DNA of 44,762 nucleotides from Verrucomicrobiota bacterium. Lineage in GTDB: Bacteria > Verrucomicrobiota > Verrucomicrobiia > Limisphaerales > SXQI01. The notes under the pieces were generated by a model. It was not told the origin of the DNA. It made no database searches and was given only the letters and a program-made list of their open reading frames with translations. The translations under genes were made by a program, and so were the position numbers. Location of the stretch: assembly GCA_033762115.1 (NCBI GenBank), contig JANRLX010000090.1, positions 1 to 44,762 of the forward strand, read 5' to 3'. Shown here piece by piece: positions 1-8,913 of this stretch (positions are counted from its first letter, which is position 1; every line of letters begins with the position of its first letter).

Positions 1-61
1 ACCAGTTCGTTCTGTTCACCCCTTCCGGCTGATACACCTGCAACACATGCCCCTGGTTATC

Positions 62-3000
62 CTAAATATAGGAAGTCACAGTCTGCACCGGAGTGTTGAA
101 CGCATTCGTCACCGATGACAACGCACCGCAACTGCAATAGCCGAAGGCGTTCGTCCGATTGAGTGAATCGATTTGCAAAAGCGGCTGACGCCATGCGTTG
201 TACACAGTGTAATCCCAATTTCCCAACCGATCTTTGGTGGCAGTGCGATCAAGCAACATCGTCCCAGCGGCATTCGTATACCGATGTTCGATACTCGTCA
301 GGTCAGGGAACTCGATCTTCTTCAACCGCCGCAACCCATCATACGTAAACGTCTGCGTCAACCCACGCTCATCCGTCTGCGTCGCCATCACCCCGTTCGA
401 CCATGTAAACTGGTTCGTCCTCAACGCCGTCCCACCCACCGACTCCACCACCTTCGAAACATACTCATCCACCCCGTACGTATAAGTGGAAAGCAGCCCG
501 CTCGGTTGCAAAATCGTCGAAATCCGGTCCAGGCTGTCATAACTGTTCACCGTCACTTCACCCAACGCATTGGTAATCGTTGTGGGCTGGTGCGGATGCG
601 CCACATTGTACCCATACCCTGCCACAAGCTTGTTCTCCGGCCCGCGATGCTCGATCAAATCCAGCCCATCCGCAGAATAAAGAAAAGTATTCGTCCGGTA
701 ATAAGCCGTCCCTCCAGAGACCCACTTCTCGATCTGGTTCGTCACATGACCATAACTGTTGTATTGATAATAAGTGTACCACGTCGTCGAGTCCGGCATC
801 ACTCGCGCCACCACCGATGGTTTTATTTGAGGCCCCTGCGCATCATCCAAAAGCTTTCCCGCATGATCGAACCATGTCTTCTGCCCTTCAATCACCCCAT
901 CAGGACTTGGGTCCCGCAAGATCGCTAATGTGCTCACCGCCAGCCGCGCTGATATGGTCCCTGCCCCTCCCAGCCAATGCTTCATTCGCGATTTCAGGAA
1001 ATCGGACGTCGTTAAAAGATCCAGGTCGCTCGGGAGCCCCTCTGCCTGCTTCCGGTTCCAAAAAAAAGAATTTAACCGGGATGGCGAGTTGTCAAAACTA
1101 TCCAGCGGCGTTCCTGCCGGCACTTCGTTGCTCCCGTATGGGCCTGAAATATGGCCCGAAAAATCCCAGATAAAAACATACACCTCCCTGGAAAGGTCTG
1201 GGTGCGTAATAACGATTTCGCGGTCAATCGGGTTCACAAGCGGATCACCGTAAGTGGACGTAAACGAAGTCGTCCCATAAGGAGTGGTCAAGGAATCAGG
1301 CCATCCATTTCCATCATAGGTCAGTGAACTTGTGATTCCTTCTACATCCGTGATTCCGGTAAGCTGCCCATTGCTGTTGTATGAGAAATAAGCAGTCCGG
1401 TTGCCAGGATCAGTCACATGGTCCACCAGGTTGGGATAAGTCGTGTTGTAAAATAACTCTGTCCGGTTCCCCTCCGCATCAATCACTGCCGTAAGTTTCA
1501 CGTCGCCGATGTCCGGGTCGTACATCCCATTGTTATACTCCAGCGTCACACTATGGCCTGCGGCATCAACTATCTTTCCCAAATGAACGATCGTCCAATA
1601 CCCCCAACTGTTTGTCTCAAGAAAATTGTAAATCAGTTTGCTGCCATCAGCCGAAATAATCTCGTAAACTATCGGCTCTCCATTGCCGTCATATTGGGTT
1701 ATCTTTATCTTCTGATTGGTATAATAATCCATTACCTCACCTGAAGTCAGGTTGAGGTCTCTAATTCGCCCATCTCCGCTATATAAGACCCCGTACCGCA
1801 CATCAATTAAGGATCGCCATCGGCAACTGACTCCATTTCCAAAGCTGTAATCCGCAGGCGGGGAGGCTGTCGTCCTTTGTTTGAATGACACATCCAAAAT
1901 AACAGGAGGCCCATATGCAGGCTGGTAAGCCAACGGTTGGTCCTGGATCCAAAGATTGATCTGCGGTTCAGATACCCTCCATCTTGCCATTCCTTCTTCC
2001 AGGTAACAGAGATCACATCCCCCTCCGGAACCTGAACCGCCATCACCTCCGTTTCCACCATGACCTCCCGCTCCCCCGTGGCCTCCTTTTCTCCCACCAC
2101 CGCCGCCGCCACCCCCTCCTCCTCCATTAGGGCAGCAACCATCACAATCATCATCGTCGGGCATGAAATTCGGATATCCCCGCCCAAATACCTGACCAGC
2201 TTCTGCATCGCTTAAAATTTTCCACTGCTCAGGCACCTGCTCGCTTGAAACCAGAAAAACTCCTGATGCCTCTTCATTAATGATCTTTCGAGGAATAAAT
2301 CTCGGGTGCTGAAACGTTGGATCAATTACTTCATACAAATCTCCCACCCGTTTTGTAATCGCTGCATAATGATTTTGTTTCCAATGAACCACCGACGGCA
2401 CAACGATTTCGGTGTCCTCCCCACGATCCACTGCCACAATGCTCATTCGAAGAGTTTGAGCCATTTCAACAAGCATTAGGACACTGAACCCCGTTACGGG
2501 CGAAGGTGTATCCAGAATGGCCTTTCGATCATGGTTGCCATACAAAACAGTGGCGAGGTTATTGAGCGCGAAAGTGCCGCATTGGTAGGATAAACCAGGG
2601 CGCGCACGCATCATCAAGAATCCTTCATGAGCTCGCAGGACCATTTGCTGCTCCCATCCGCCATTCCAGCTGCGGCCCTTTAATTCCTCGAAGATTTCTC
2701 CCAGTTGCTCCGTCCTTCCAAGCATCGATAACAAGCGGATGTAGAAAGCCAGCGCAAAATCTCCTACCTCCTTCCCATTGCCTTCTCGATACTCCTTTGT
2801 CTGCTCCCAGGCGATCTCCCAATGCCTCAACGCAGGCGTATATCTTCCCTGCTCAAAAAAGTGATGCCCCAATAACGCATTAAGATGCGGTGTCCAAGCT
2901 GAATTCGGCAGGGCATCAGCAAACTGCACCAGTTGCACCAACGATTCGTCAGAATCAGTCCGTCGCCACTCCATCAGCAAATCCAAAAGCAGTGAGGACT

Positions 3001-3181
3001 CTTCTCTGGTATGGTTTTCATGAATCGGCTTTAAACGTGTATTGAAAAACTTGGTCCGCTTCAATGCCTGCAACTCTTCCGCATCATTTCGGGCCCGCAA
3101 ATAAAGAATAGAACCCGTCAGGACCGCCACCACCAGTAAAAATTTAAGTACAGACGGATAGCGCCGAATGAATTTGCTCAT
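62..3181 (-). CDS. RHS/YD-repeat protein with N-terminal hydrophobic anchor, TPR-like helices and C39-like cysteine peptidase domain; interrupted by a premature TAG at 62-64
   Basis: Hydrophobic N-terminus (LKFLLVVAVLTGSILYL). Peptidase-like YQCG...VVHWKQNHYAAI...VIDP. Gly/Cys-rich linker. Many YD repeats (YDGNGWP, YNSYGHVT, YDSLDRI, YDGLRRL). The frame continues past the stop as DNQGHVLQVYQPEGVNRTNW. Confidence 0.85.
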   Translation of the reverse strand: MSKFIRRYPSVLKFLLVVAVLTGSILYLRARNDAEELQALKRTKFFNTRLKPIHENHTREESSLLLDLLMEWRRTDSDESLVQLVQFADALPNSAWTPHLNALLGHHFFEQGRYTPALRHWEIAWEQTKEYREGNGKEVGDFALAFYIRLLSMLGRTEQLGEIFEELKGRSWNGGWEQQMVLRAHEGFLMMRARPGLSYQCGTFALNNLATVLYGNHDRKAILDTPSPVTGFSVLMLVEMAQTLRMSIVAVDRGEDTEIVVPSVVHWKQNHYAAITKRVGDLYEVIDPTFQHPRFIPRKIINEEASGVFLVSSEQVPEQWKILSDAEAGQVFGRGYPNFMPDDDDCDGCCPNGGGGGGGGGGGRKGGHGGAGGHGGNGGDGGSGSGGGCDLCYLEEGMARWRVSEPQINLWIQDQPLAYQPAYGPPVILDVSFKQRTTASPPADYSFGNGVSCRWRSLIDVRYGVLYSGDGRIRDLNLTSGEVMDYYTNQKIKITQYDGNGEPIVYEIISADGSKLIYNFLETNSWGYWTIVHLGKIVDAAGHSVTLEYNNGMYDPDIGDVKLTAVIDAEGNRTELFYNTTYPNLVDHVTDPGNRTAYFSYNSNGQLTGITDVEGITSSLTYDGNGWPDSLTTPYGTTSFTSTYGDPLVNPIDREIVITHPDLSREVYVFIWDFSGHISGPYGSNEVPAGTPLDSFDNSPSRLNSFFWNRKQAEGLPSDLDLLTTSDFLKSRMKHWLGGAGTISARLAVSTLAILRDPSPDGVIEGQKTWFDHAGKLLDDAQGPQIKPSVVARVMPDSTTWYTYYQYNSYGHVTNQIEKWVSGGTAYYRTNTFLYSADGLDLIEHRGPENKLVAGYGYNVAHPHQPTTITNALGEVTVNSYDSLDRISTILQPSGLLSTYTYGVDEYVSKVVESVGGTALRTNQFTWSNGVMATQTDERGLTQTFTYDGLRRLKKIEFPDLTSIEHRYTNAAGTMLLDRTATKDRLGNWDYTVYNAWRQPLLQIDSLNRTNAFGYCSCGALSSVTNAFNTPVQTVTSYI

Positions 3182-3423
3182 ATAATAATGATTTCAACTG
3201 AAATCACTCAATCTGGGCGCAAGATCGAGAAATTTAGCGGTATCTATAGTTTAAAGAGGGTTGTCGCTCTCGAAACGGGATTAAAGATACTTAGTGTTGA
3301 ACAGTTTTGCGTTTATTTTTTTAAACTCAACCTAAATCTTGATTTTGAATGTGACAATTTGGAAACCCTCACGGCCATCCCCCTGCTTGAATTTTTTATG
3401 CGCTCCTGAGAGCGTTTCCCCCC

Positions 3424-4062
3424 ATGGAGCAATTGACCAGACTTTATCTTATTCGTCATGGCGAAGTGGAGGAAAAATATCACAAGGTTTTTGGCGGTGC
3501 CCGGATCGACATGGAATTAAGCCCGCTTGGCCATGAGCAGGTGCGCGCCCTCGCGAATTACCTTCTCCCCATGCCGCCGGACCTCATTTATGCAAGCCCC
3601 ATGCGGCGCGTCCAACAAACCCTTGAGCCTCTTGCCCAGGCGCTTGAACTGATGCCGGTGATCCTCCCTGACTTACGCGAGGTGGATTTCGGTTCCTGGA
3701 CAGGACTTTCCTGGGAACAGGTCCTGGAAAAATTTCAGATCAGCGCCTACACCTGGCTGGATCAACTGGAAGATGGGACCATCCCGCAGGCGGAAACCAC
3801 TGTTGCTTTTCGCGAGCGGGTCGCTAATGCGATCAACACAATCCTGAACGAGTCATCCGGCAAATCCATCGCGGTAGTCTGTCATGGCGGAGTCATCCGC
3901 ATGATCCTTTCCATCCTCTTCGATCTTCCATTTCGCAGGATGAACCTCTTTGAAGTCGAGTATGCCAGCATCACCCGAGTCCTCCTCCGCCCCACCCGGG
4001 TTGAACTGGAACTTCACAACTTCACTCCCTGGCGCGATTTGCGCCCCGCCCCCCATTTATGA
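3424..4062 (+). CDS. histidine phosphatase (phosphoglycerate mutase/CobC-like family)
   Basis: LIRHGE, ASPMRRVQQT, LREVDFGSW and VCHGGVI motifs. Confidence 0.9.
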   Translation: MEQLTRLYLIRHGEVEEKYHKVFGGARIDMELSPLGHEQVRALANYLLPMPPDLIYASPMRRVQQTLEPLAQALELMPVILPDLREVDFGSWTGLSWEQVLEKFQISAYTWLDQLEDGTIPQAETTVAFRERVANAINTILNESSGKSIAVVCHGGVIRMILSILFDLPFRRMNLFEVEYASITRVLLRPTRVELELHNFTPWRDLRPAPHL

Positions 4063-4964
4063 AAAAATCGCCCCCTCTTTTCCAGGTCTCTGTTCAAACC
4101 ACCTCCCACGCCGAAGATGCCGTCAGCGCGCTTTTGGAACGCCTCTTTCGCCAGTCCCCTTCCATTTACACCAACACAGACACCCAGGAATCCATAGTCA
4201 CCGTTTACACCAGCCTCACCCGGCCACGGATTCTCCTGCTGGAACAGGAAATCCAGCAAGGCATCGAGACGCTCAAATCGTTCGGCCTGGAAACAGGAAA
4301 GGGGCAACTCATCATCGCCAAAGTCAAACGTGAAGATTGGGCCGAATCCTGGAAAAAATATTTCGAAACCATCGAGATCGACAAAAAACTGATCATCAAA
4401 CCGAGTTGGAGTAAAAAGAAGCCGCTTAAGGGGCAGGTGGCAGTGGTTCTCGATCCCGGCCTCAGCTTTGGAACAGGCCAGCACCCCACCACTCATTTCT
4501 GTTTGGAACAGATTGTTCGATGCAAACTGCCGGATAAACCGCAGTCATTCCTCGATGTCGGCAGCGGTTCTGGAATCCTTGCCATCTCTGCCGTCAAACT
4601 CGGCTATTCCCCGGTCAGGGCATTCGATTTCGATCCGGCCGCCGTCAAGATCGCCAGGGAAAATGCCCGCCAAAACCGGGTCGATTCAAAACTCCTTCCC
4701 ACCCGACAGGACATTACCCGATTGCCATTAAAAGGACGGCAGTTCGACCTTATCTGCGCCAACCTCATTTACGATTTGCTGATTGATCAACGAATAAAAC
4801 TGGTCAATCGCCTTAAACCCGGTGGGACTCTCGTCCTGGCAGGTATTTTGGCCACCCAGTTTGAACAAGTGGTTCAGGCTTACGAAGCGATTGGCTGGCA
4901 ATTGCAGGAAAGTGCAACCGTACGCGAATGGCAATCTGGCCGCTTCCGGGCAAAAAGAGCGTAA
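4059..4964 (+). CDS. prmA: 50S ribosomal protein L11 methyltransferase
   Basis: DWAESWKKYF, LDPGLSFGTGQHPTT, LDVGSGSGILAI, ANL; 4-nt overlap with the upstream gene. Confidence 0.93.
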   Translation: MKKSPPLFQVSVQTTSHAEDAVSALLERLFRQSPSIYTNTDTQESIVTVYTSLTRPRILLLEQEIQQGIETLKSFGLETGKGQLIIAKVKREDWAESWKKYFETIEIDKKLIIKPSWSKKKPLKGQVAVVLDPGLSFGTGQHPTTHFCLEQIVRCKLPDKPQSFLDVGSGSGILAISAVKLGYSPVRAFDFDPAAVKIARENARQNRVDSKLLPTRQDITRLPLKGRQFDLICANLIYDLLIDQRIKLVNRLKPGGTLVLAGILATQFEQVVQAYEAIGWQLQESATVREWQSGRFRAKRA

Positions 4965-5160
4965 AGTAACAAAATGACCGAAACAGCACAGTGACCTGAT
5001 AGTCAATTTCAGGTTACATTTTCTTGAACAATGCCGTATTTTAACAGTCAAAGCCAACGTTAGACCACATATGCAACCGACAACGAATGCAAAATGGTCC
5101 CCAACCGGGTGTTGGCATCCTTTTCGCTTGTCGGTTCCCACAGAAAGGAAAGACCTAGTT

Positions 5161-5325
5161 ATGGCTAAAACACTGGATAATCTCGCTGATGTGATTCGTA
5201 ACTCGAAACACCCCTTCAAACAATTGGCCGATCGACCAGACAAACCTCAAAAGCACAGGTACGAGCGCCGGAAGGTAAAGCAAATTATCCACCTTGGAGA
5301 CTGGGCTCCCGAACCAAATTTATGA
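5161..5325 (+). CDS. small basic hypothetical protein (54 aa)
   Basis: The ATG at 5161 is preceded by a purine-rich GAAAGGAAAG. The ORF is followed by a terminator hairpin. Sequence MAKTLDNLADVIRNSKHPF...RYERRKVK. Confidence 0.6.
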   Translation: MAKTLDNLADVIRNSKHPFKQLADRPDKPQKHRYERRKVKQIIHLGDWAPEPNL

Positions 5326-5353
5326 CTGTCCTCGTTCAAACCTAACATGCCTG

Positions 5354-5377
5354 AAGCCACGCGAAAGCGTGGCTTTT
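5354..5377. terminator. intrinsic terminator hairpin between convergent genes
   Basis: Perfect 9-bp stem AAGCCACGC-GAAA-GCGTGGCTT with a GNRA loop, followed by a T-rich tail. Confidence 0.8.
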
Positions 5378-5387
5378 GCTTTCTCCC

Positions 5388-6590
5388 TCAGGAATCCTGT
5401 TGCAATCGTGAGAGAATTTTTCTCAGCCTTACGATTTTTTCTCCACCCTGGATAAATACCTCGCAACGAAGGTAAGCCTGCCTCGCCAGGAAGCGTAAAA
5501 AAGGTCGATGCGTTTTCGGAAGCTCCACCTGCACTTCGTAAATACCCTTTTTTGTTGCGCTTGCTTCCAACGCTTTTAACAACCTGCTTCCCAGCCCTTT
5601 CCTCCTGAATTCAGGCAGCAGATAAATCTCCTTCAGCAACCCCGCCTCTCCTTCACAGGCAAGGGTCGCCGCTCCAATGACCTCCCCACTTTTCGAGATC
5701 GACACCCCAACCATCTTTTCGCTTTTTTCGAACTCCTCGGCAATTTTCAGCAGTTCCGGATGCTTTATCGTTCCCGGATGAATAGGACCGGTCACGAACG
5801 GATCACTCGCAGTTTCCTCCTGGAAATCATCCTTCTGAACCTGCCTGCCGATCTCTTCCCAGCTCGCCCCCACGAACTCCAGGAATCTCTTTTCAGGTGG
5901 CGCTATGAATTGATAATTTCTCCCTTCCCAAAAAAACTGCAGCCGCCAGGCATGCAACGCCTGGTTTTCCAGGACCAATTGCTTCTGATCTTCCAGCGTC
6001 TGTGCCTTTTCCACAAAACGGAGATACCGCTGCTCATCCCCTCCATATAATTTATCCCCCACAATCGGATGTCCTATATGGGCCATGTGAATGCGAATCT
6101 GATGCTTGCGTCCCGTTTCAGGTCGCACATGCAGCAGGCTGAACCATTCCGAATTTCGTTCAAACATCGAAACCCTGATAAACTCCGTGGCCGCTGCCAG
6201 CCCATCCTCACGAACGCAGTCCTTGATCGCAATAACGCTTTGCTCATCCTTCCCAAGCGGTGCCTGGATCACCCCAAAAAACGTCTCCACCTTTCCGCGC
6301 ACCACCGCCAGATAATCCTTCCTCACCCGCCGCTTCGCCCAGATTTTTCGAATTCCCGCCGCAGCCCATTCGCTCTTTGCCACCAGCACAATCCCGCTCG
6401 TTTCCCGGTCAAGTCGATTCACCAGGTGGACCGCCTGTTCCGTCCCTAAATAAAGCCGCACCCGGCTCGCCAGGCTGGAGTAAACATCCCCTTTGGTCGG
6501 GTGGCACACCAGGTCCGCTGGCTTGTTGATCACCAGCAGATGCTCATCCTCATGCAGCACTTCGAATAATTCTTCCCTCGCGAGTGTCAC
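5388..6590 (-). CDS. RluA/RluD-family pseudouridine synthase with C-terminal GNAT acetyltransferase domain
   Basis: INKPADL, NRLDRETSG (catalytic Asp), TGRKHQIRIHM, GHPIVGDKLYG, LHAW; C-terminal acetyl-CoA-binding motif YLLPEFRRKGLGSRLL. Confidence 0.88.
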   Translation of the reverse strand: MTLAREELFEVLHEDEHLLVINKPADLVCHPTKGDVYSSLASRVRLYLGTEQAVHLVNRLDRETSGIVLVAKSEWAAAGIRKIWAKRRVRKDYLAVVRGKVETFFGVIQAPLGKDEQSVIAIKDCVREDGLAAATEFIRVSMFERNSEWFSLLHVRPETGRKHQIRIHMAHIGHPIVGDKLYGGDEQRYLRFVEKAQTLEDQKQLVLENQALHAWRLQFFWEGRNYQFIAPPEKRFLEFVGASWEEIGRQVQKDDFQEETASDPFVTGPIHPGTIKHPELLKIAEEFEKSEKMVGVSISKSGEVIGAATLACEGEAGLLKEIYLLPEFRRKGLGSRLLKALEASATKKGIYEVQVELPKTHRPFLRFLARQAYLRCEVFIQGGEKIVRLRKILSRLQQDS

Positions 6591-6627
6591 TTGTGTTCAA
6601 CACAGTTTGCCGTAAGATTCGTCAAAA

Positions 6628-7236
6628 GTGAAAGAGAAGTGGAATATCTGGCTCCCGGTAATCTTGATGGTGCTCCTTGCCTGCACGCTTTGGCCGGGGG
6701 TCATGCCGTACAATTTTAGCGCAGCCTATGCCCTCGCATTTTGTGCTGGCATCTACTTCCCAGGAAAACTTCGCTGGATACTTCCCCTCTCCACCCTGCT
6801 GATCTCCGACATGGTCCTGAATTACTTTTACTATGCCGTCAGCCCCTTTCATCCCTATGTCCTGATCAAACTGGTGACTTTTTCTGCTCTCATTTTCCTT
6901 GGCACACGCTTCACCCCACGCAGTTCCTTCCCAAAACTTTTAAGCGGCGGCATCGCAGGCGCCCTCCTCTTTTACCTGCTCACGAACACCGCCTCATGGC
7001 TTTACGATCCAGCCTACCCCAAAACGTTCATGGGCTGGGTCCAGGCTTTGACCACAGGCCGCCCCGAATTCCCTCACACCTGGGAATTTTTCCGTAATAC
7101 TCTCCTGAGCGGTGGATTATTCACTGGCTTGTTTGTGGGCTCCATGAAATTAAGCGAAGCGGCAGAAGAGTCCAAAGAACGCGAGGAGTCCGAAAATGAG
7201 GAAGGCGCCGGTGAACAGGAAGAAGCAAAAGCCTGA
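6628..7236 (+). CDS. multi-pass membrane protein, probably DUF6580-like putative transporter
   Basis: About 5-6 hydrophobic segments; PYNFS, LFYLLTNTASW, YPKTFMGWVQALTTG, FFRNTLLSG; acidic C-terminal tail. Confidence 0.65.
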   Translation: MKEKWNIWLPVILMVLLACTLWPGVMPYNFSAAYALAFCAGIYFPGKLRWILPLSTLLISDMVLNYFYYAVSPFHPYVLIKLVTFSALIFLGTRFTPRSSFPKLLSGGIAGALLFYLLTNTASWLYDPAYPKTFMGWVQALTTGRPEFPHTWEFFRNTLLSGGLFTGLFVGSMKLSEAAEESKEREESENEEGAGEQEEAKA

Positions 7237-7714
7237 AGGCAATGGCGTTTTTAAGGTCGGTGTCATTTCCGACACTCATGGTCATCTCGATCCCCAGATC
7301 AAAGATATCTTTGCCGGGGTCGAACACATCTTTCACGCAGGCGATATCGGCATGCCTTATCTCCTTTTGGAGCTCGAGGAAGTTGCACCCGTCACCGCTG
7401 TGCTCGGCAATACCGATGAAGGCCTTGACTTCCGCCTCACGGAACTCCTCGAACTGAATGGCCGTAAGTTTTTCCTTCATCACATCGTCGACCCTGCCGA
7501 GCCTGACGAACGCATTCGTGGTCGGATCATTCGTGAAAATCCGGACGTCGTGATCTTCGGGCATACCCACAAACCGTTCTGCGAAAATATCGGCAACACA
7601 CTCTATTTTAACCCCGGCTACGCTGGAAAAAAACGGTTCGACATGCCCCGCAGTGTCGCCATCCTGAATTGCGACCCCCAGGGAATCACTGCGGAATTCA
7701 TCAACCTCGATTAA
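7196..7714 (+). CDS. metallophosphoesterase (YfcE/MJ0936-like); start codon uncertain
   Basis: ISDTHG, HAGD, GNTD, FGHTH, NPG motifs. Confidence 0.88.
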   Translation: MRKAPVNRKKQKPEGNGVFKVGVISDTHGHLDPQIKDIFAGVEHIFHAGDIGMPYLLLELEEVAPVTAVLGNTDEGLDFRLTELLELNGRKFFLHHIVDPAEPDERIRGRIIRENPDVVIFGHTHKPFCENIGNTLYFNPGYAGKKRFDMPRSVAILNCDPQGITAEFINLD

Positions 7715-7726
7715 AGTGATGGGATT

Positions 7727-8545
7727 GTGGACTTTGGCCCCACCTCCTTTGAAAAGTTGCGCCTGCTGACGGGCGCAGCCTCCCTCTCGCTCCTGCTCAT
7801 TTGGGAAACCCTCGCTCCGGCATCCAAATGGTTCAGCCAACCCAGGCAGCGAATCTCCCATGCGGCCCGGAATTACATCATCGGTCTGTTCAATGTTTTT
7901 CTTGTCACCTTCATCTTTGTGCAAAGCTGGATTTTTGCCGCCAACTGGGCCAGTGCCAATCAATTTGGCCTGCTTTATCAAACCTCACTTCCCCCATTGC
8001 TTCGCTGGACCATCGCCCTGCTCCTCCTTGACCTCTGGATGTACTTCTGGCATCGCATGAATCATACCCTTTCCTTCTTCTGGCGATTTCACCGCATGCA
8101 CCATGGCGACAGGAATATGGATGTCACCTCCGCGGTTCGTTTCCATGCCGGGGAAATTGCCTTTTCAGCGCTTCTCCGCATTCCTCTCATCCTGATTCTG
8201 GGACTTCGCTTCGAGGAACTGGCGCTTTATGAACTCCTCCTCTTTATTGTCGTTCAATTCCATCACGCCAATGTCCGGCTGAATTCCAACATCGATCAAT
8301 GGTTGCGTTTACTCATCGCCACACCGGCATTTCATCGCCTCCATCATTCCGAAGATTTGATCCAGACAAACTCAAACTACTCCAGCATTCTCAGCATTTG
8401 GGACCGGCTTTTCAGGACTGTCGGAGCTGGCACCCCGGCAACGCTTGGTGTCAAAGGGTTGGAAAATGAAACACTCCTCTCCATGCTGCAAACCCCATTC
8501 CAGAAGAAATCACCTCCCATGAATGGAAAAGAGAGTGGAAGGTAA
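7727..8545 (+). CDS. sterol desaturase / fatty acid hydroxylase family protein
   Basis: His boxes YFWHRMNH, FHRMHH, FHHAN, FHRLHH; NYSSILSIWDRLF; transmembrane segments. Confidence 0.9.
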   Translation: MDFGPTSFEKLRLLTGAASLSLLLIWETLAPASKWFSQPRQRISHAARNYIIGLFNVFLVTFIFVQSWIFAANWASANQFGLLYQTSLPPLLRWTIALLLLDLWMYFWHRMNHTLSFFWRFHRMHHGDRNMDVTSAVRFHAGEIAFSALLRIPLILILGLRFEELALYELLLFIVVQFHHANVRLNSNIDQWLRLLIATPAFHRLHHSEDLIQTNSNYSSILSIWDRLFRTVGAGTPATLGVKGLENETLLSMLQTPFQKKSPPMNGKESGR

Positions 8546-8668
8546 CTCACGGGGATCGTCCAATCAGTGGACAGATCTAAATGACAACCTCTAACCCATC
8601 CGGGCGCCCCCGGCCCGTGAGCTACCTTCCGATCTCGATTCAGGCTGGGGAGTGCACACTCCCCAGCC
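8531..8668 (-). ncRNA. candidate structured RNA of unassigned family
   Basis: A long closing helix (8531-8553 with 8614-8636) encloses two small hairpins. A perfect GC-rich hairpin lies adjacent at 8643-8668. Confidence 0.35.
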
Positions 8669-8913
8669 CAAACTCAAACGCGGCCCAATCTCCCATGCAT
8701 GCGAGACTCATTCCGCTTACTGCCTTCAAAACCCTGTGGAATAAAACCACAGCTATATGAAATAAGATGCCACCATGCAGCAACGGGAAAAAATACGGAT
8801 GCTTTTATCCGTAGTTGAAAGCGTTAAATTTTGAAAAACATAAATCTAACACGTAAACCTCTGAACACCAACAATAATAATTAAAAATACTAATGAAACA
8901 TTAATTTTTTTAA

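Noticed and set aside
3188..3409. 73-aa ORF in the AT-rich gap
   Set aside because: No recognisable motifs; it occupies the divergent promoter region between the RHS and phosphatase genes.
5286..5294. DnaA-box-like TTATCCACC (also TGTGGAATAA near 8735)
   Set aside because: Isolated imperfect matches, one inside a CDS; no cluster that would support oriC.
7121..7981. 286-aa minus-strand ORF, and the many similar antisense ORFs in the track
   Set aside because: They lie opposite well-supported genes, lack motifs, and are expected in GC-rich DNA.
8531..8668. Assignment of the structured region as SRP RNA, 6S RNA or a known riboswitch
   Set aside because: No SRP GNRA-capped domain IV consensus, too short and branched for 6S, and not located 5' of a gene. 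Kept only as an unassigned candidate.
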